This document shows, in pieces, positions 19,025 to 29,311 of a stretch of DNA of 50,395 nt. Both the position numbers and the translations under genes were made by a program. The notes below the pieces were generated by a model. That model was not told the DNA's origin. It searched no databases and saw only the letters and a list, made by a program, of their open reading frames with translations. The number at the start of each line of letters is the position of its first letter. The stretch's first letter is position 1. The stretch lies in NCBI GenBank assembly GCA_035650735.1, contig DASRGZ010000001.1, positions 62,001-112,395 on the forward strand, in the 5' to 3' direction. Origin of the DNA: Chthonomonadaceae bacterium (GTDB lineage: Bacteria; Armatimonadota; Chthonomonadetes; Chthonomonadales; Chthonomonadaceae).

Positions 19025-19151
19025 GGGCTGTGGGCGGCAAGCCCCATCAATGGGGCTCTCCCTTCTTGTAGCCCTAGAAGGAGCCTGACCCACCCCGCAT
19101 AGCCCGCTTGAGCGGGCTTGCCGTCCGCAGCCCACTCGTTTACGGGTGGGC
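19025..19151. repeat. inverted pair of REP-like elements (family D)
   Basis: GGGCTGTGGGCGGCAAGCCCCATCAATGGGGCT (19025-19057) matches the reverse complement of 19101-19133; hairpin GCCCACTCGTTTACGGGTGGGC at 19130-19151. Confidence 0.7.
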
Positions 19152-19166
19152 TGCCAGCAGGCGCTC

Positions 19167-20003
19167 TCAGGACTTGCAGACCCGTGTGAAGAACGCGACC
19201 GCTTTGGCGATGACGTCCGGCTGAAGTAGTTGGGTGCCGTGCCCGCTCCCGCTGATCACCATTAGCGTATGATCGGTGGAGACGGTGATGTTGTTAATCT
19301 GCTGCGGCCCGCCGTCGGCGATATTATCGTTCTGCGCGTGGAAGATAATCAGCGGGCCGCGATACTGGCGGGCGGGCGCAAGCGCATCCAGGCCGTGATA
19401 GTTGGCGCCGGGGGAGAACAGGGCCAATCCCTTGACCTGGTCCGGGTGCGCGGCGGCGTAGATAAGCGCGTTGTTGGCCCCGTAAGAGGCCCCGGCCAGG
19501 CAGACCGGCCTCTTGCCGGGCAGGCTGTTGATCGCGGCGGCAATGTCTCCGGTCGTGTCCCAGGGGGCGTTATCGCCGGTGGGGCCCGGCCCCTGCGTGG
19601 AGCGTCCTGCCCCGCGCAGATCAATCGCCAGCGCCGTGAGCCCCGCCTTCTGTAGCTCCTGGCACAACGGCTGCCAGTCCCCCGCCGCCCCGCTGCGCTG
19701 GTGCAGCAAGATCACCGTGCCCTGCGATGTCCCGGTCGGCGTGTAGAGGTCGCCCACGATGGTCCAGCCGTCGGCCGTCTTGAAGGAGACCTCTTTGACC
19801 GGCCCCGCCGGGGATGTCCGCGCCGTGGTGGCGGGCGCCGTTGTGCCAGACACGCCTGTCGAGGCAGCCGGCCCAGTCTCCACTGTGGTCTTCTGCGAGG
19901 GACAGCCCGCCAGCGCGCCGGCCAGAAGGACCAGCGCGCCAGCCCAGAGCATTCTCGTTAGAGGCCGCAGCGCAGCCCCTTTGCCCCAGAGTTTCCCTTT
20001 CAT
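19167..20003 (-). CDS. alpha/beta hydrolase lipoprotein
   Basis: Lipobox LAGC; GASYG nucleophile elbow; Asp (QND) and His (GHG). Confidence 0.88.
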   Translation of the reverse strand: MKGKLWGKGAALRPLTRMLWAGALVLLAGALAGCPSQKTTVETGPAASTGVSGTTAPATTARTSPAGPVKEVSFKTADGWTIVGDLYTPTGTSQGTVILLHQRSGAAGDWQPLCQELQKAGLTALAIDLRGAGRSTQGPGPTGDNAPWDTTGDIAAAINSLPGKRPVCLAGASYGANNALIYAAAHPDQVKGLALFSPGANYHGLDALAPARQYRGPLIIFHAQNDNIADGGPQQINNITVSTDHTLMVISGSGHGTQLLQPDVIAKAVAFFTRVCKS

Positions 20004-20033
20004 GGCAAGTTTGCCTCCTTCGGCCCCTGCGCC

Positions 20034-22181
20034 TCACCCGCGCCGCCCGAAGCGCTGCGCCAGCAGACTCTCCAGGAACAGCAGCGGCAGGACGGCCCAG
20101 ATGAGCGGGCGCCACATCTCGGCGCCATAACGGGAGCGGCGCACCGAAGCCTGCAACTGCTGCGGCGTCGCGGCCACGGCAAGGCGCTGGGCCGGCAGGC
20201 CCGCCTGAACGGCAGAAGCGGTTGGGTCGGCGGGCGCCAGGTCCGACTCGTCGGGCGGCAGGCCGACCGCGAAGGCGTCCTCCGTTTTGGCCCCGGAGAC
20301 GGCAACGCGGTAGAGGCCCGCACGCCGGGTCGCCAGATAGGTGAACGTGACGCCGCGCGCATCCAGCACGCTGTTCTGTACGGTCGTGCGCCCATCGGGA
20401 GCGGTCACGCGCACGGGCTTGTTGGCGTCTGAGACGGGCAGCGCCAGGAAGAACGGCTCATCTTGATGCAGATTGCGGCGCGCAGTCGCCTTCAGGCTGA
20501 GATACGAGAGCAACTGATAGATCACAGGCGGATAGCTGGACCGGAGCGGCCACTCGTTCCACTTGGCGCTGGCGCTGCTCGCGGCCAGAACGATCCGGCC
20601 CATCCCGATCCGCCGCTCCACGAGGGCCGGATCGCCGTTGCTGAAGCGCAGCATCACCTGCACGGCGTTGGGATCGGCCTCCTCCGTGACCGGTTCGAGC
20701 GGGTAGTAGGTGGTGAAGCGCGCGCTGCCCAGATTCCAGTTGGCTGTATCCTGGAACCGCGCCAGGGCCGGGTGCGCGATGGTTGCCGGATTGAGCGTCA
20801 GCGCCTGCGTTTCGGGGAGGGTACGGCGCGCGCCCAGCTTCGCCGGGAGCAGGCCGGCCAGGTCGGCGTTGACGCGGCGGGCGTCGGTATGCGGGCCGGG
20901 GAAGAGCAATGCGCCGCCTCCGGTCCGGACATATTCCGCCAGGGCGCGGCGGTCTGCGGCAGAGAGAGCGGTCAGGTCGGAGAGGAGGATCGCGTCATAC
21001 GTGCCCAGGCTGATGCCGCTCAACCCTTCGCCCGTGTGCAGCCTGGGAGACAGGCTCTCCACCGCGCTCAGCAGATAGTAGGACTCGCTGCGGGCGGGAT
21101 CGCCGGTCGGCGTCATGTCCTGCACCAGCACGCGGATGCGGTCGCGGGCCAGCACCACGAAGGGGACCGCGTTGTCGTGCTCCAGGCCATCGGCGTGCGC
21201 CGCGTCGTCGAGCACAATCTGGCCGGTATGGATGCCGGGCCGGCTGAAAAGGTGGGGCGCAAAGCGCGCTATCTGCCCTTTGCGCGCCGGGAGGGAGACG
21301 CGGGTGGAGTCAACGAGCTTGCCGTCTATCATCAGGTGGACCAGCACGTTGTTGCGCGGCTTGGCGCCATAGTTGACGATCTGGGTCTCGATCTGGAGCG
21401 GGACCTGCGGCGTCACCAGCTCGCGGCCCAGCGTCGGGGTCTGCACAGCCAGGTTATCGCGCGCGCCGGCAGGCGCCCCCACCGATACCCACGTCACCCG
21501 CGCCTGCCTTCCTATCTCCTGCCAGACGGCGCGCGCCGCCTGACTCTGGCTGGTGGCCCAGGCGTTGGCCTGATCGTCGGTGAGCCAGTAGACCTCCTTA
21601 TCCGGGGTCGGCGACGCCTTGAGCAGCCGATTGACCGCCTGCGCGGCGGCAAGATAGTCGGTGGCGCGGTCGCCGACGCGGGCGGCGCGCACCCGCTCCC
21701 GCACCAGGTCCAGGTCAAAGCTTGGCGCGCTGACCGCCGCCTCCGGCCTGTCGGAGAGCAGCACCAGCGAGGCCGAGTCGCCGGGCCGCAGGATATGGGT
21801 CAGGATGTCCTCCGCCGCCGCTTTGGCCCGGTCAAAACTGCGCTTCCCGTCGCCCGCGCCCTGATGGTCCATGCTGAAGGAGTTATCCAGCACCAGAACG
21901 GCATAGATGCGCGCGTTCTGCGATAACAGCGGCACGCCGAGGGCGCGCAGCACGGGCCGGGCAAAGGCCAGCACCGCCAGCGCGATGATCAGCATCCGCA
22001 GCGCCAGCAGGATCAGCTCCTCGATCCGCAGCCGACGCCGCTGCCTGCGCTGCGACTGCCGCAGAAACTCCATCGCCGCCCAGCGCACGACCTTGAGCTT
22101 GCGCCGCCGGAGCAGGTGGATAAGCAGGGGAACGGTGACCAGCGCCAGCGCGCTTAGAAATCCAGGGTTCAGAAAGGACAT
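20034..22181 (-). CDS. BatA N-terminal domain + vWA domain membrane protein
   Basis: PLLIHLL..WAAMEFL..LLALRML; MIDAS-like DNSFSM; C-terminal TM helix. Confidence 0.9.
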   Translation of the reverse strand: MSFLNPGFLSALALVTVPLLIHLLRRRKLKVVRWAAMEFLRQSQRRQRRRLRIEELILLALRMLIIALAVLAFARPVLRALGVPLLSQNARIYAVLVLDNSFSMDHQGAGDGKRSFDRAKAAAEDILTHILRPGDSASLVLLSDRPEAAVSAPSFDLDLVRERVRAARVGDRATDYLAAAQAVNRLLKASPTPDKEVYWLTDDQANAWATSQSQAARAVWQEIGRQARVTWVSVGAPAGARDNLAVQTPTLGRELVTPQVPLQIETQIVNYGAKPRNNVLVHLMIDGKLVDSTRVSLPARKGQIARFAPHLFSRPGIHTGQIVLDDAAHADGLEHDNAVPFVVLARDRIRVLVQDMTPTGDPARSESYYLLSAVESLSPRLHTGEGLSGISLGTYDAILLSDLTALSAADRRALAEYVRTGGGALLFPGPHTDARRVNADLAGLLPAKLGARRTLPETQALTLNPATIAHPALARFQDTANWNLGSARFTTYYPLEPVTEEADPNAVQVMLRFSNGDPALVERRIGMGRIVLAASSASAKWNEWPLRSSYPPVIYQLLSYLSLKATARRNLHQDEPFFLALPVSDANKPVRVTAPDGRTTVQNSVLDARGVTFTYLATRRAGLYRVAVSGAKTEDAFAVGLPPDESDLAPADPTASAVQAGLPAQRLAVAATPQQLQASVRRSRYGAEMWRPLIWAVLPLLFLESLLAQRFGRRG

Positions 22182-22202
22182 TGCGGGCAACAGCTCAATA
22201 GA

Positions 22203-23087
22203 TCAATCGCGATGCATCCGCTGCGATAGGTAGCGGGTGAGGGCCATGTCAATCGGCTGGTCGGTGGAGAGGGGCACATAGTCCATGCCCAGCTCGCGGC
22301 AGCCGCGCTTGAGCGCCGCTAGATACCGATCAACGGTCTGTAGATACTCCCTTCTCAGGGCGTTAGGCTCGGCCATCAGCGGCTCCTCGCCCTCCATCCC
22401 TTCGAATAGGGCCGAGTCCCGAAACGGGAATGTTAGCTCGTCCGAGTCGAGAATATGGAAGAGGATGACCTCATGCTTGCGGTGGCGGAAATGTTGCAGG
22501 CCCCGCAAAATCGAATCCGGATCGTCGAAGAGGTCGCTCAACACGACGAGCAGGCCGCGCCGCTTGATGCGCTCGGCCAGATCGTGAAAGGTATCGCCGA
22601 GGCTGGTTTTGGGCTGGCTGTCCTGGCGCTCCAGCATCTCCAGCAGCAGGCGCATGTGGGCGCTGGTGCTGGCCGGCGGGATGTACTGGCGCACGCCCGC
22701 GTCGAAGACGGCCAGCCCGACGGCATCACGCTGGCGCAGCAGCAGGGTCATCAGCGCCGCCGCAATAATGGCTCCGTATTCGCGCTTGGAGAGCGGAGAG
22801 TTTGCGCCCCGATAGTCCATGCTCGCGCTGGCGTCCAGAATCAAGGTGGCTTTGAGGTTGGTCTCCTCCTCAAACTGCTTGATGTGGTAGCGGTCGCTGC
22901 GGGCGTAGACCTTCCAGTCAATATGACGTATCTCGTCGCCCGGCACGTAGTCGCGATGCTGGGCGAACTCCACGCTGCTGCCCCGGTGCGGGCTTTTGTG
23001 CATACCCGAAATCACGCCTTCGACGACGGCGCGGGCGCGGAGCTCCAATTTCGATATACGGGCCAGGGTTTGCGGATCAGCAAGCAT
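22203..23087 (-). CDS. DUF58 family protein
   Basis: GMHKS..GSSVEFAQHRDYVPGDEIRHIDWK, DASASM, SDLFD. Confidence 0.95.
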   Translation of the reverse strand: MLADPQTLARISKLELRARAVVEGVISGMHKSPHRGSSVEFAQHRDYVPGDEIRHIDWKVYARSDRYHIKQFEEETNLKATLILDASASMDYRGANSPLSKREYGAIIAAALMTLLLRQRDAVGLAVFDAGVRQYIPPASTSAHMRLLLEMLERQDSQPKTSLGDTFHDLAERIKRRGLLVVLSDLFDDPDSILRGLQHFRHRKHEVILFHILDSDELTFPFRDSALFEGMEGEEPLMAEPNALRREYLQTVDRYLAALKRGCRELGMDYVPLSTDQPIDMALTRYLSQRMHRD

Positions 23088-23238
23088 GTGTAAATCTCAT
23101 CGGGAAATCTTATTGGGTAGATCGTCTAGGTCAACCGCTGGCTTTCCATCGCCGCGCGGTAGTGGCGGTAGGTCAATCGCCAGGTTTACCCTAATCCAAT
23201 CCTTACCAGCACATTCCGCTTGATTACTGTAGATGGTT

Positions 23239-24303
23239 CTATTTACGGCCCGGATCGGTGGGGCGGGGCGTCTGCTGGAGAAGCTTCTGCACGATCTTAT
23301 CTGCCGTCATGCCCTCCGCTTCGGCGTTGAAGTTGGTGACGATGCGGTGGCGTAAGACCGGCAGGGCGACGGCGGCGACATCCTCCGTGCTGGCATAGTT
23401 GCGGCCGTAGAGGGCGGCACGGGCCTTCGCGCCCAGGATGAGGTACTGCGAGGCGCGCGGCCCTGCGCCCCAACTGACGCACTCACGGACGAAGTCGGGC
23501 GCCTCCGGCTCGTTCGGGCGCGTGGCGCGGGTCAGCGCCATCGCATACCGAAAAACGTGATCGCCGACCGGCACGCGGCGCACGATCTCCTGAAGGGCTA
23601 AAATATCCTCGGCGTCCAGCATTCCCTTCAACTCCACCTGCTGACTTCCGGTCGTCGCCTTCATGATCGCCAGCTCTTCCTCTGCCGAGGGGTAGCCGAC
23701 CGTTACCATGAACATAAAGCGGTCGAGCTGGGCTTCTGGCAGCGGATAGGTGCCCTCCTGCTCGATGGGGTTTTGCGTGGCCAGGACAAAGAACGGCTCG
23801 GCCAGCCGATAGCTCTGCCCGCCGACGGTGATCTTGTGCTCCTGCATGGCCTCCAGCAGCGCCGCCTGCGTCTTGGGGGGCGTGCGGTTGATCTCGTCGG
23901 CCAGGATCATGTTGGCGAACAGCGGCCCCTGCAAAAAGACGAATTTGCGTTCGCGGGTCAGCGGGTCCTCCTGGATGATCTCGGTGCCGGTGATGTCGGC
24001 GGGCATCAGGTCAGGCGTGAACTGGATACGCTTGAAGGAGAGCGAGAGAATGCGCGAAAGCGTGCTGACCAGCAGCGTCTTCGCCAGGCCCGGCACGCCG
24101 ACGAGGATGCAATGCCCCCGCGCGAAGACGGCGATGAGCAGCTCCTCAATGACGGCGTCCTGGCCGATAACCACGCGCCCGATCTCGGAGCGAATGGCGT
24201 CGAAGGCGGCGCGCAGACGTTGAAGGCGAGCCAGGTCGTCCTGTTCGCCCGGCAGAACGGCGGGTGTGGAAAGGGAAGACGAGGCAGACTGGGCAGCAGA
24301 CAT
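23239..24303 (-). CDS. moxR: MoxR family AAA+ ATPase
   Basis: [66 protein letters not shown]. Confidence 0.96.
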   Translation of the reverse strand: MSAAQSASSSLSTPAVLPGEQDDLARLQRLRAAFDAIRSEIGRVVIGQDAVIEELLIAVFARGHCILVGVPGLAKTLLVSTLSRILSLSFKRIQFTPDLMPADITGTEIIQEDPLTRERKFVFLQGPLFANMILADEINRTPPKTQAALLEAMQEHKITVGGQSYRLAEPFFVLATQNPIEQEGTYPLPEAQLDRFMFMVTVGYPSAEEELAIMKATTGSQQVELKGMLDAEDILALQEIVRRVPVGDHVFRYAMALTRATRPNEPEAPDFVRECVSWGAGPRASQYLILGAKARAALYGRNYASTEDVAAVALPVLRHRIVTNFNAEAEGMTADKIVQKLLQQTPRPTDPGRK

Positions 24304-24333
24304 GGATAGGGACTCTCTTTCGTTAATTAGTAT

Positions 24334-24436
24334 TTCACCTCAGCCCTCCCTGCGCGGAGTGCATCCCCTCGCATGAAAACACCTCTCCCCTCTCCCGCAG
24401 CGTGGGAGAGGGGAAGGGGGTGAGGGCTATTTTCAC
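24334..24436. repeat. repeat family A, long intergenic copy
   Basis: Reverse-complement match to 11231-11334. Confidence 0.85.
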
Positions 24437-24501
24437 TCTAGGCAACCGGGCTTCGCCGGGCGCGTTCCTTACCCGGCGGCAGGGCGGCTGCGCAACGTGA
24501 G

Positions 24502-25623
24502 TTAGTGCTTCAAGCAATAGGACAGGGCGATCAGGGTATAGCTGGTGACGAGCGGCGGCTGGTTCTCCCAGAAGCGCGCGTTGTCGTTGTACCACGAGCC
24601 GTCGGGCCGCTGGATGGCGACAAGCTGAGCGGCAAGGTCGCGCGACCAGTCGTGCTTGTTGCCCCGAACATCCTGCACGATCTTCTGGCCGTAGACGTCC
24701 AGGGTCTTAGCCATCGTGTGGTAGTAGTAGTAGAGCGACGTATTGCCCATCCCCGGATGCTCGGTGACGGTATAGTGCCCGCGAATCCAGTTCCAGGCGG
24801 CCTGAGCGCGCGGGTCGGACCGGGTGACGCCGCAGTAGATATAACTTTTCAGGCCGGCGTAGGTCATGGAGCCGTAGGAGGCGTGCTCGCCGCCGCTCTG
24901 GGCGAAGCTGCGTCCCTGGCTGTCGTAGAGAAAGCCGCCGTCATTGCTGCCCTCTTTGGCCCAGGGCTGGTCGTTGCTCTCCCGGCGGTTCTGCACGCGC
25001 TGCAAGAAGATAATCGCCTTCTGCCAGACGGGCGCAGAGGAGGGCGTCCCCGACTCCTTGAGCGCCTCCAGCGCCATTTGCAGGTTGGAGAGGTCTGGCC
25101 GATCCGGATGGGAGCCGTAGCCGATGCCGCCGTACATGGGATTGGCGGGCGTGATGCCTTCCTCTTCGTCAAATTGCAGTTTTTCCAAATACTGCTGCGC
25201 CTTGCGAATGGTGGGTTTATAGGCCGGGTTGCGCGTCAGGGTCAGCGCCATCATGCAGAGGGCCGTGTTATAGTTGGGCAGGGCGGTGGCCGGGTTCGCG
25301 TCGCTGTAGATGGCTCCGTTGGGCTTGGCCGCGTGCAAAATATACTGGACGCCCTTTGCGACCGCCGGATCGCTGACCTCGGTGCGCCCGTTGCGGAGGA
25401 AGGCGGAGACGGCCAGCGCCGTAGTCGCCGGATACGCGCTCCAGGAGCCGTCGGCCTCCTGCACGCGCCGCAGATAGGCCAGGCCCCTGGCGACCGCCTG
25501 CCGCGCCTTGACCTTCACCGGGTCGGGCGGGGCGGCGTGCGTGCTGCCTACCGGGGCCGTCAGCCAGGCTGCGGCAAGTAACGCGGGCAGCAGGAAAAGC
25601 GTTCGCTGTTTATGGATAAGCAT
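24502..25623 (-). CDS. prenyltransferase/squalene oxidase repeat protein (exported)
   Basis: QW-like repeats YLRRVQEADGSW and LVAIQRPDGSW; DLSNLQMALEAL; signal peptide. Confidence 0.88.
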   Translation of the reverse strand: MLIHKQRTLFLLPALLAAAWLTAPVGSTHAAPPDPVKVKARQAVARGLAYLRRVQEADGSWSAYPATTALAVSAFLRNGRTEVSDPAVAKGVQYILHAAKPNGAIYSDANPATALPNYNTALCMMALTLTRNPAYKPTIRKAQQYLEKLQFDEEEGITPANPMYGGIGYGSHPDRPDLSNLQMALEALKESGTPSSAPVWQKAIIFLQRVQNRRESNDQPWAKEGSNDGGFLYDSQGRSFAQSGGEHASYGSMTYAGLKSYIYCGVTRSDPRAQAAWNWIRGHYTVTEHPGMGNTSLYYYYHTMAKTLDVYGQKIVQDVRGNKHDWSRDLAAQLVAIQRPDGSWYNDNARFWENQPPLVTSYTLIALSYCLKH

Positions 25624-25639
25624 GGCTCTTACCTCAATT

Positions 25640-26689
25640 TTAGCAGGGCTGTTGCGGTCGTAAAAGCTGACTGGCATCGGTCTGCGCGGCGGACTGCGCC
25701 GGACGCAGCAACGTATCGGGCGCGGCGGCCTCGGATGGCTCTGCGGCCCGCAGCAGCGTCTGCGCCTGCTCGCTATATTCGGCGCGCATTTTCAAATAGG
25801 GCAGGCACTCTTCGGCAGCGCGCCGCACATCCAACGGCTCGTTGCTCTCAATAATCCATTCTACGTTGGGCAACGCCCGCTCGTCACCGATCTGTTCCAA
25901 TGCCTTTAAGATCGCGATCCGCAGCGGGTCGTCCCGACCGACAAGCGCCTTGAGCAGCGCGTGCATCTCCAGCGGTGAAATATAGCGCTTATCGCTGGCC
26001 TTCACCTTCGGCAGCAGTTTCCGAAGTGCATTGGCGGCAGTATAACGTACCTCTCTATCAAGGTCTGACAGGCACAGGGCGAACGCGCCGACCAATCGTG
26101 GGTCTCCTGTGTTTGCCAGGGCTGTAACCGCTGTCAGCCGGACGTTCGCCGCCAGGTCAACATATTGAAGCACCATCGCAGCAATCAGCAGCGCAGACGA
26201 TAAAATTCCCACAAAGCCGATAAGGCCCTGTCCCCAATCTATAAGTTGTGAGAGAACCAGGGCGCAGAACGCTACTATCACTACTTTCTTGCCGAGCCAA
26301 CGTACCAAGAGGCGGCGATTGGCGGCGATTTCGCGGTACAGTAGTGCGCGCATAGCCTCGACGGCTCCGTCGTCATGGATGCCCTGAAGCGCATGGGCTG
26401 CCGCTGCGCGCACTTTCGCGTTGCTGCTCTGCAACGCGCTCGTCAGCCGCACGACGCCGGGTTTGCCGATGCCTGCTAAGGCCCTGGCGGCAGCCTTCCT
26501 GGCTCGCTCACAGCGCAAGGCCCAATCGTTCATCAGCGGCTCAGGAAGCTGAAGCACCTGCATCAGCGGTTCGATAGCTGGCTCACCGATGGCGATCAGG
26601 CATTTGATAGCCGCCAAGCGCCGCTTCTTGTCAGCAGAGTACAGGCACTCTATCGCGTCCTGGATGACTTTGTCTTCCGCGTCGGGCAT
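25640..26689 (-). CDS. HEAT-repeat protein with a central TM hairpin
   Basis: IGEPAIEPL, VRAAAAHAL, ALEQIGDERAL repeats; two hydrophobic segments. Confidence 0.82.
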   Translation of the reverse strand: MPDAEDKVIQDAIECLYSADKKRRLAAIKCLIAIGEPAIEPLMQVLQLPEPLMNDWALRCERARKAAARALAGIGKPGVVRLTSALQSSNAKVRAAAAHALQGIHDDGAVEAMRALLYREIAANRRLLVRWLGKKVVIVAFCALVLSQLIDWGQGLIGFVGILSSALLIAAMVLQYVDLAANVRLTAVTALANTGDPRLVGAFALCLSDLDREVRYTAANALRKLLPKVKASDKRYISPLEMHALLKALVGRDDPLRIAILKALEQIGDERALPNVEWIIESNEPLDVRRAAEECLPYLKMRAEYSEQAQTLLRAAEPSEAAAPDTLLRPAQSAAQTDASQLLRPQQPC

Positions 26690-26698
26690 GGTAGGTTT

Positions 26699-27607
26699 TC
26701 AGCGATAGGAGCGGCGCAACCGAAACGCCGCCCCCCCCAGCGCCGCCGCCCCGATGGCCGCGAACAGGCCCGCCGAAGCCAGCGGCGCAGGATAGGTGAA
26801 CGGGTACTCCGGCGCGCTCGTATGGTCGTAGAGCCAGTTGGTGCGCAGAACGTCCAGGTCCAGCGCCGTCGCTACTGCCGCCACCGGATTGAGCAGCAGC
26901 GCTCCCTCGATGAGCCGCGTCGGATCGTCCCGGCGGCGTATCTGCGGCTCTGCCAGGAAAATGGCGGTCAGGCAGAAGGCGACCAGCAGCAGCGCCGCCG
27001 CCGCGCCCCGCCCCCACAAGCGCCCGGAACGCCCGCGTAGCGCAAACAGAAATCCGACCGCCCCGATCATAAAGACGGCGCAAAGCAGCACCAGATGCGC
27101 CGCCAGGATTGGGCCCAACCCGTGCAGCGCGCCGGGAACGAATCCCCAGCCTAATTGCGCCGCCATCCAGAGCGCGCACGAAGCCAGCAGCGCCGCCTCC
27201 AGCGGCCACAGCCCGGCCAGCAGGCGCCCCGCGCAGATGTCAAAGGCGGTCAGGCGCGTCATCAGCGCGGAGAGAGTCGCCTCCCGCTCGACGCTCGACG
27301 GTGCGGCCCCCGCTCCTAGCACCGCCGCGCATGGCAGCAAGAGAAACGCTGCGCCTGCCGCGCCCATCGTCAGCCAGCGCAGCAGAAAACGTGGCGCACT
27401 GCCGGAATAGATGCTGACCTGCGCCCAGGTCACCTGTAGCACCGCCGAAAGCGCCAGCAACACGCCCAATAGCACGCCCGCCCACGCCAGATCACGCCAG
27501 ACGCGGCGGCTGCGCATCTGCCGCCGCAACACCACCGCCACACCGGAGAGAGGCAACCAGCGCTCTGCCAGAGTTCGCCGCGCCAGGTCCGCCAGCGGTA
27601 CATTCAT
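26699..27607 (-). CDS. ABC-2-type permease-like membrane protein
   Basis: About 6 TM segments; ERE.TL..L.T.L...I..G motif, LLNP. Confidence 0.7.
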   Translation of the reverse strand: MNVPLADLARRTLAERWLPLSGVAVVLRRQMRSRRVWRDLAWAGVLLGVLLALSAVLQVTWAQVSIYSGSAPRFLLRWLTMGAAGAAFLLLPCAAVLGAGAAPSSVEREATLSALMTRLTAFDICAGRLLAGLWPLEAALLASCALWMAAQLGWGFVPGALHGLGPILAAHLVLLCAVFMIGAVGFLFALRGRSGRLWGRGAAAALLLVAFCLTAIFLAEPQIRRRDDPTRLIEGALLLNPVAAVATALDLDVLRTNWLYDHTSAPEYPFTYPAPLASAGLFAAIGAAALGGAAFRLRRSYR

Positions 27608-28142
27608 CCTTCCAACCCGTCCAGCACCAGGATACGCAGGTCCGTCACACGCTTCAGGGTCACATCATTGGTCAGGAAGGCTTCACAGCCGACACTCAAC
27701 GCGGCAGCGATCTGCAAGGCATCCGGCGTCCGCAAATTATAACGAGCGCGTAGCTCAGCAGCACTTTCGGCAATACCGAAATCGATCCATACGGTGCGAA
27801 AGTGGTTACTATGAAGCAACAAATCTCGATACTCCTGCTGGAGACTGGCATTTCCTAACCGCATGGGCAGGGCGAGTACTTCCGTCAGAGAGATAGCGGA
27901 GGTATATCCTGTTAGCGTACCATTCCCGATACGTTGGAAGACTTCAGTGACCAGGGCATCGTATGCCGGATAAGCTTCAATAAGGTGGATGAGGGTAATC
28001 CCTCCCAACCGTGTTGACGCTTCTCATGGAGCGCACGCTTTTGAGATGTATCCACACGATTGGGGGTGTCTGCCTAGATGAGAGGAGCGGTATCCAACCC
28101 AAGATGAGTGACGTTGGACAGCGCATTATCGGGTTTCATCAT
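27604..28142 (-). pseudogene. vapC: PIN-domain toxin (VapC) disrupted by a MITE
   Basis: MMKPDNALSNVTHLGLDTAPLI | insertion | LIEAYP..SLTEVL..LRTPDALQIAAA..FLTND. Confidence 0.88.
27994..28074. mobile_element. 81-bp MITE with IS1-like ends
   Basis: 24-bp imperfect inverted repeat GGTAATCCCTCCCAACCGTGTTGA / GGCAGACACCCCCAATCGTGTGGA (17/24); 8-bp TSD TGGATGAG / TAGATGAG. Confidence 0.8.
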
Positions 28143-28378
28143 GGGCGATGATCCCATTCTTTTCTTAACTCATTGACGTACTCCTGCGCGTCAACGCCCT
28201 GCCATATCTCCGCCCCTAAACCATGCAGTTCCCTAATACTGCGCTGGGGCTTTTTAGCGGCCTCAGTGGGTTGTTGGGCGAGGTCTTGCGCCGTCATCGC
28301 CAATAATCGCAGGCGCTCGGATGGCGGCAAGGGCTTTATATATCGCTCATAAATCTCCTCTACGCTTACCGTTGCCAT
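28139..28378 (-). CDS. antitoxin
   Basis: 79 aa; ELHGLGAEIWQGVDAQEYVNELRKEWD; ATGA overlap with the toxin. Confidence 0.8.
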   Translation of the reverse strand: MATVSVEEIYERYIKPLPPSERLRLLAMTAQDLAQQPTEAAKKPQRSIRELHGLGAEIWQGVDAQEYVNELRKEWDHRP

Positions 28379-28433
28379 TCTCTGCCTCCCTTGCCCTATA
28401 TAACTATAATACGGCCCAACTGGCCTTCGGAAC

Positions 28434-29303
28434 TCAGGGAGCCTTTTTTGAATTCCTCGGTTCCTGGCTTTTCGTCTCTTGCCTGGAAGGGGCGGGCGTC
28501 AGAGCCTTGAGAACAAACTCAACCGGTGTGCCGCGCCTGGGCGTGCGCTTGGCGTTGACGACATAGGCATTGTTCCCGCCGCCGGGCAGCGGGTTATCCA
28601 GGATCGCCGCCGGGTCGTGCCAGACGGCCACCAATGACTTATCCAGGTCGGCCTCAAAGCCCTCCTTGAGGATACGCGAGCCGGTAAAGACCCAGGGATG
28701 CGGCGGCATCGGTTTGCTGCCGGGCATCTGCGCCACCAGTTCCTCGGCGCGCACGTCCTGCGTATTCCCGTTCGTATCCCGCCAGCGCACGCGGATTTCT
28801 ACCGGGTCTCCCTGCGGTGTCGCCTTGTCGCCCTGACGCTTCAGCACGTTCTTAGGCTCCAGGCCGAGCAGCAGCAGCGCCACCTGTAGATGCAGCGGGC
28901 GAACCTCCACCGCCAATAAGCTCTCGTGCGTCTTGCCGTGTGGCGCGACCGCCAGATACTCGATAGGGCCGTTGTCCATATTGATCTCGCCCCGGCAGGT
29001 CACGGTGCGCTCCGCCGTGTCCACCATCGCCTTGCCGACGCGATAGAGGGTATCCGTAATGCGCTCTGCGGGCGGCAGCTTCTCCTTCGGCTTGGGCGCC
29101 TTCTGCGCCTGGATTTTGGAACCACCCGCTGCGCTAGAGACACAGAGACACAGAGGAAAAACAAAGACCGAGAAAAGCCAAAGCCATTTAGACAGGATTA
29201 ACGGGATGAACCGGATTTCCACAACACAGCAAAACAGGGCTTCTCTGTTTTTGTCTAATCCTGTAAATCCTGTCTGAATCTGCTTTGGTCCTCTGTGATT
29301 CAT
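28434..29303 (-). CDS. YdjY-like exported protein
   Basis: IEYLAV..GKTHESLL..PLHLQVALLLLGL, WVFTGS; repeat-derived N-terminus; start uncertain. Confidence 0.72.
   Translation of the reverse strand: MNHRGPKQIQTGFTGLDKNREALFCCVVEIRFIPLILSKWLWLFSVFVFPLCLCVSSAAGGSKIQAQKAPKPKEKLPPAERITDTLYRVGKAMVDTAERTVTCRGEINMDNGPIEYLAVAPHGKTHESLLAVEVRPLHLQVALLLLGLEPKNVLKRQGDKATPQGDPVEIRVRWRDTNGNTQDVRAEELVAQMPGSKPMPPHPWVFTGSRILKEGFEADLDKSLVAVWHDPAAILDNPLPGGGNNAYVVNAKRTPRRGTPVEFVLKALTPAPSRQETKSQEPRNSKKAP
29113..29290. repeat. repeat family B (AGAGACACAGAGACACAGAG + ACAGGAT/ATCCTGT arrays), copy 1
   Basis: 29113-29164 identical over 52 bp to 30378-30429; shared GAGAAAAGCCA and ATCCTGTAAATCCTGT. Confidence 0.9.
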
Positions 29304-29311
29304 ATCCTTGC

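Noticed and set aside
23095..23235. Lower-GC spacer between moxR and DUF58 with a short TAGGTCAA direct repeat
   Set aside because: Too short and unsupported; possibly a gene remnant.
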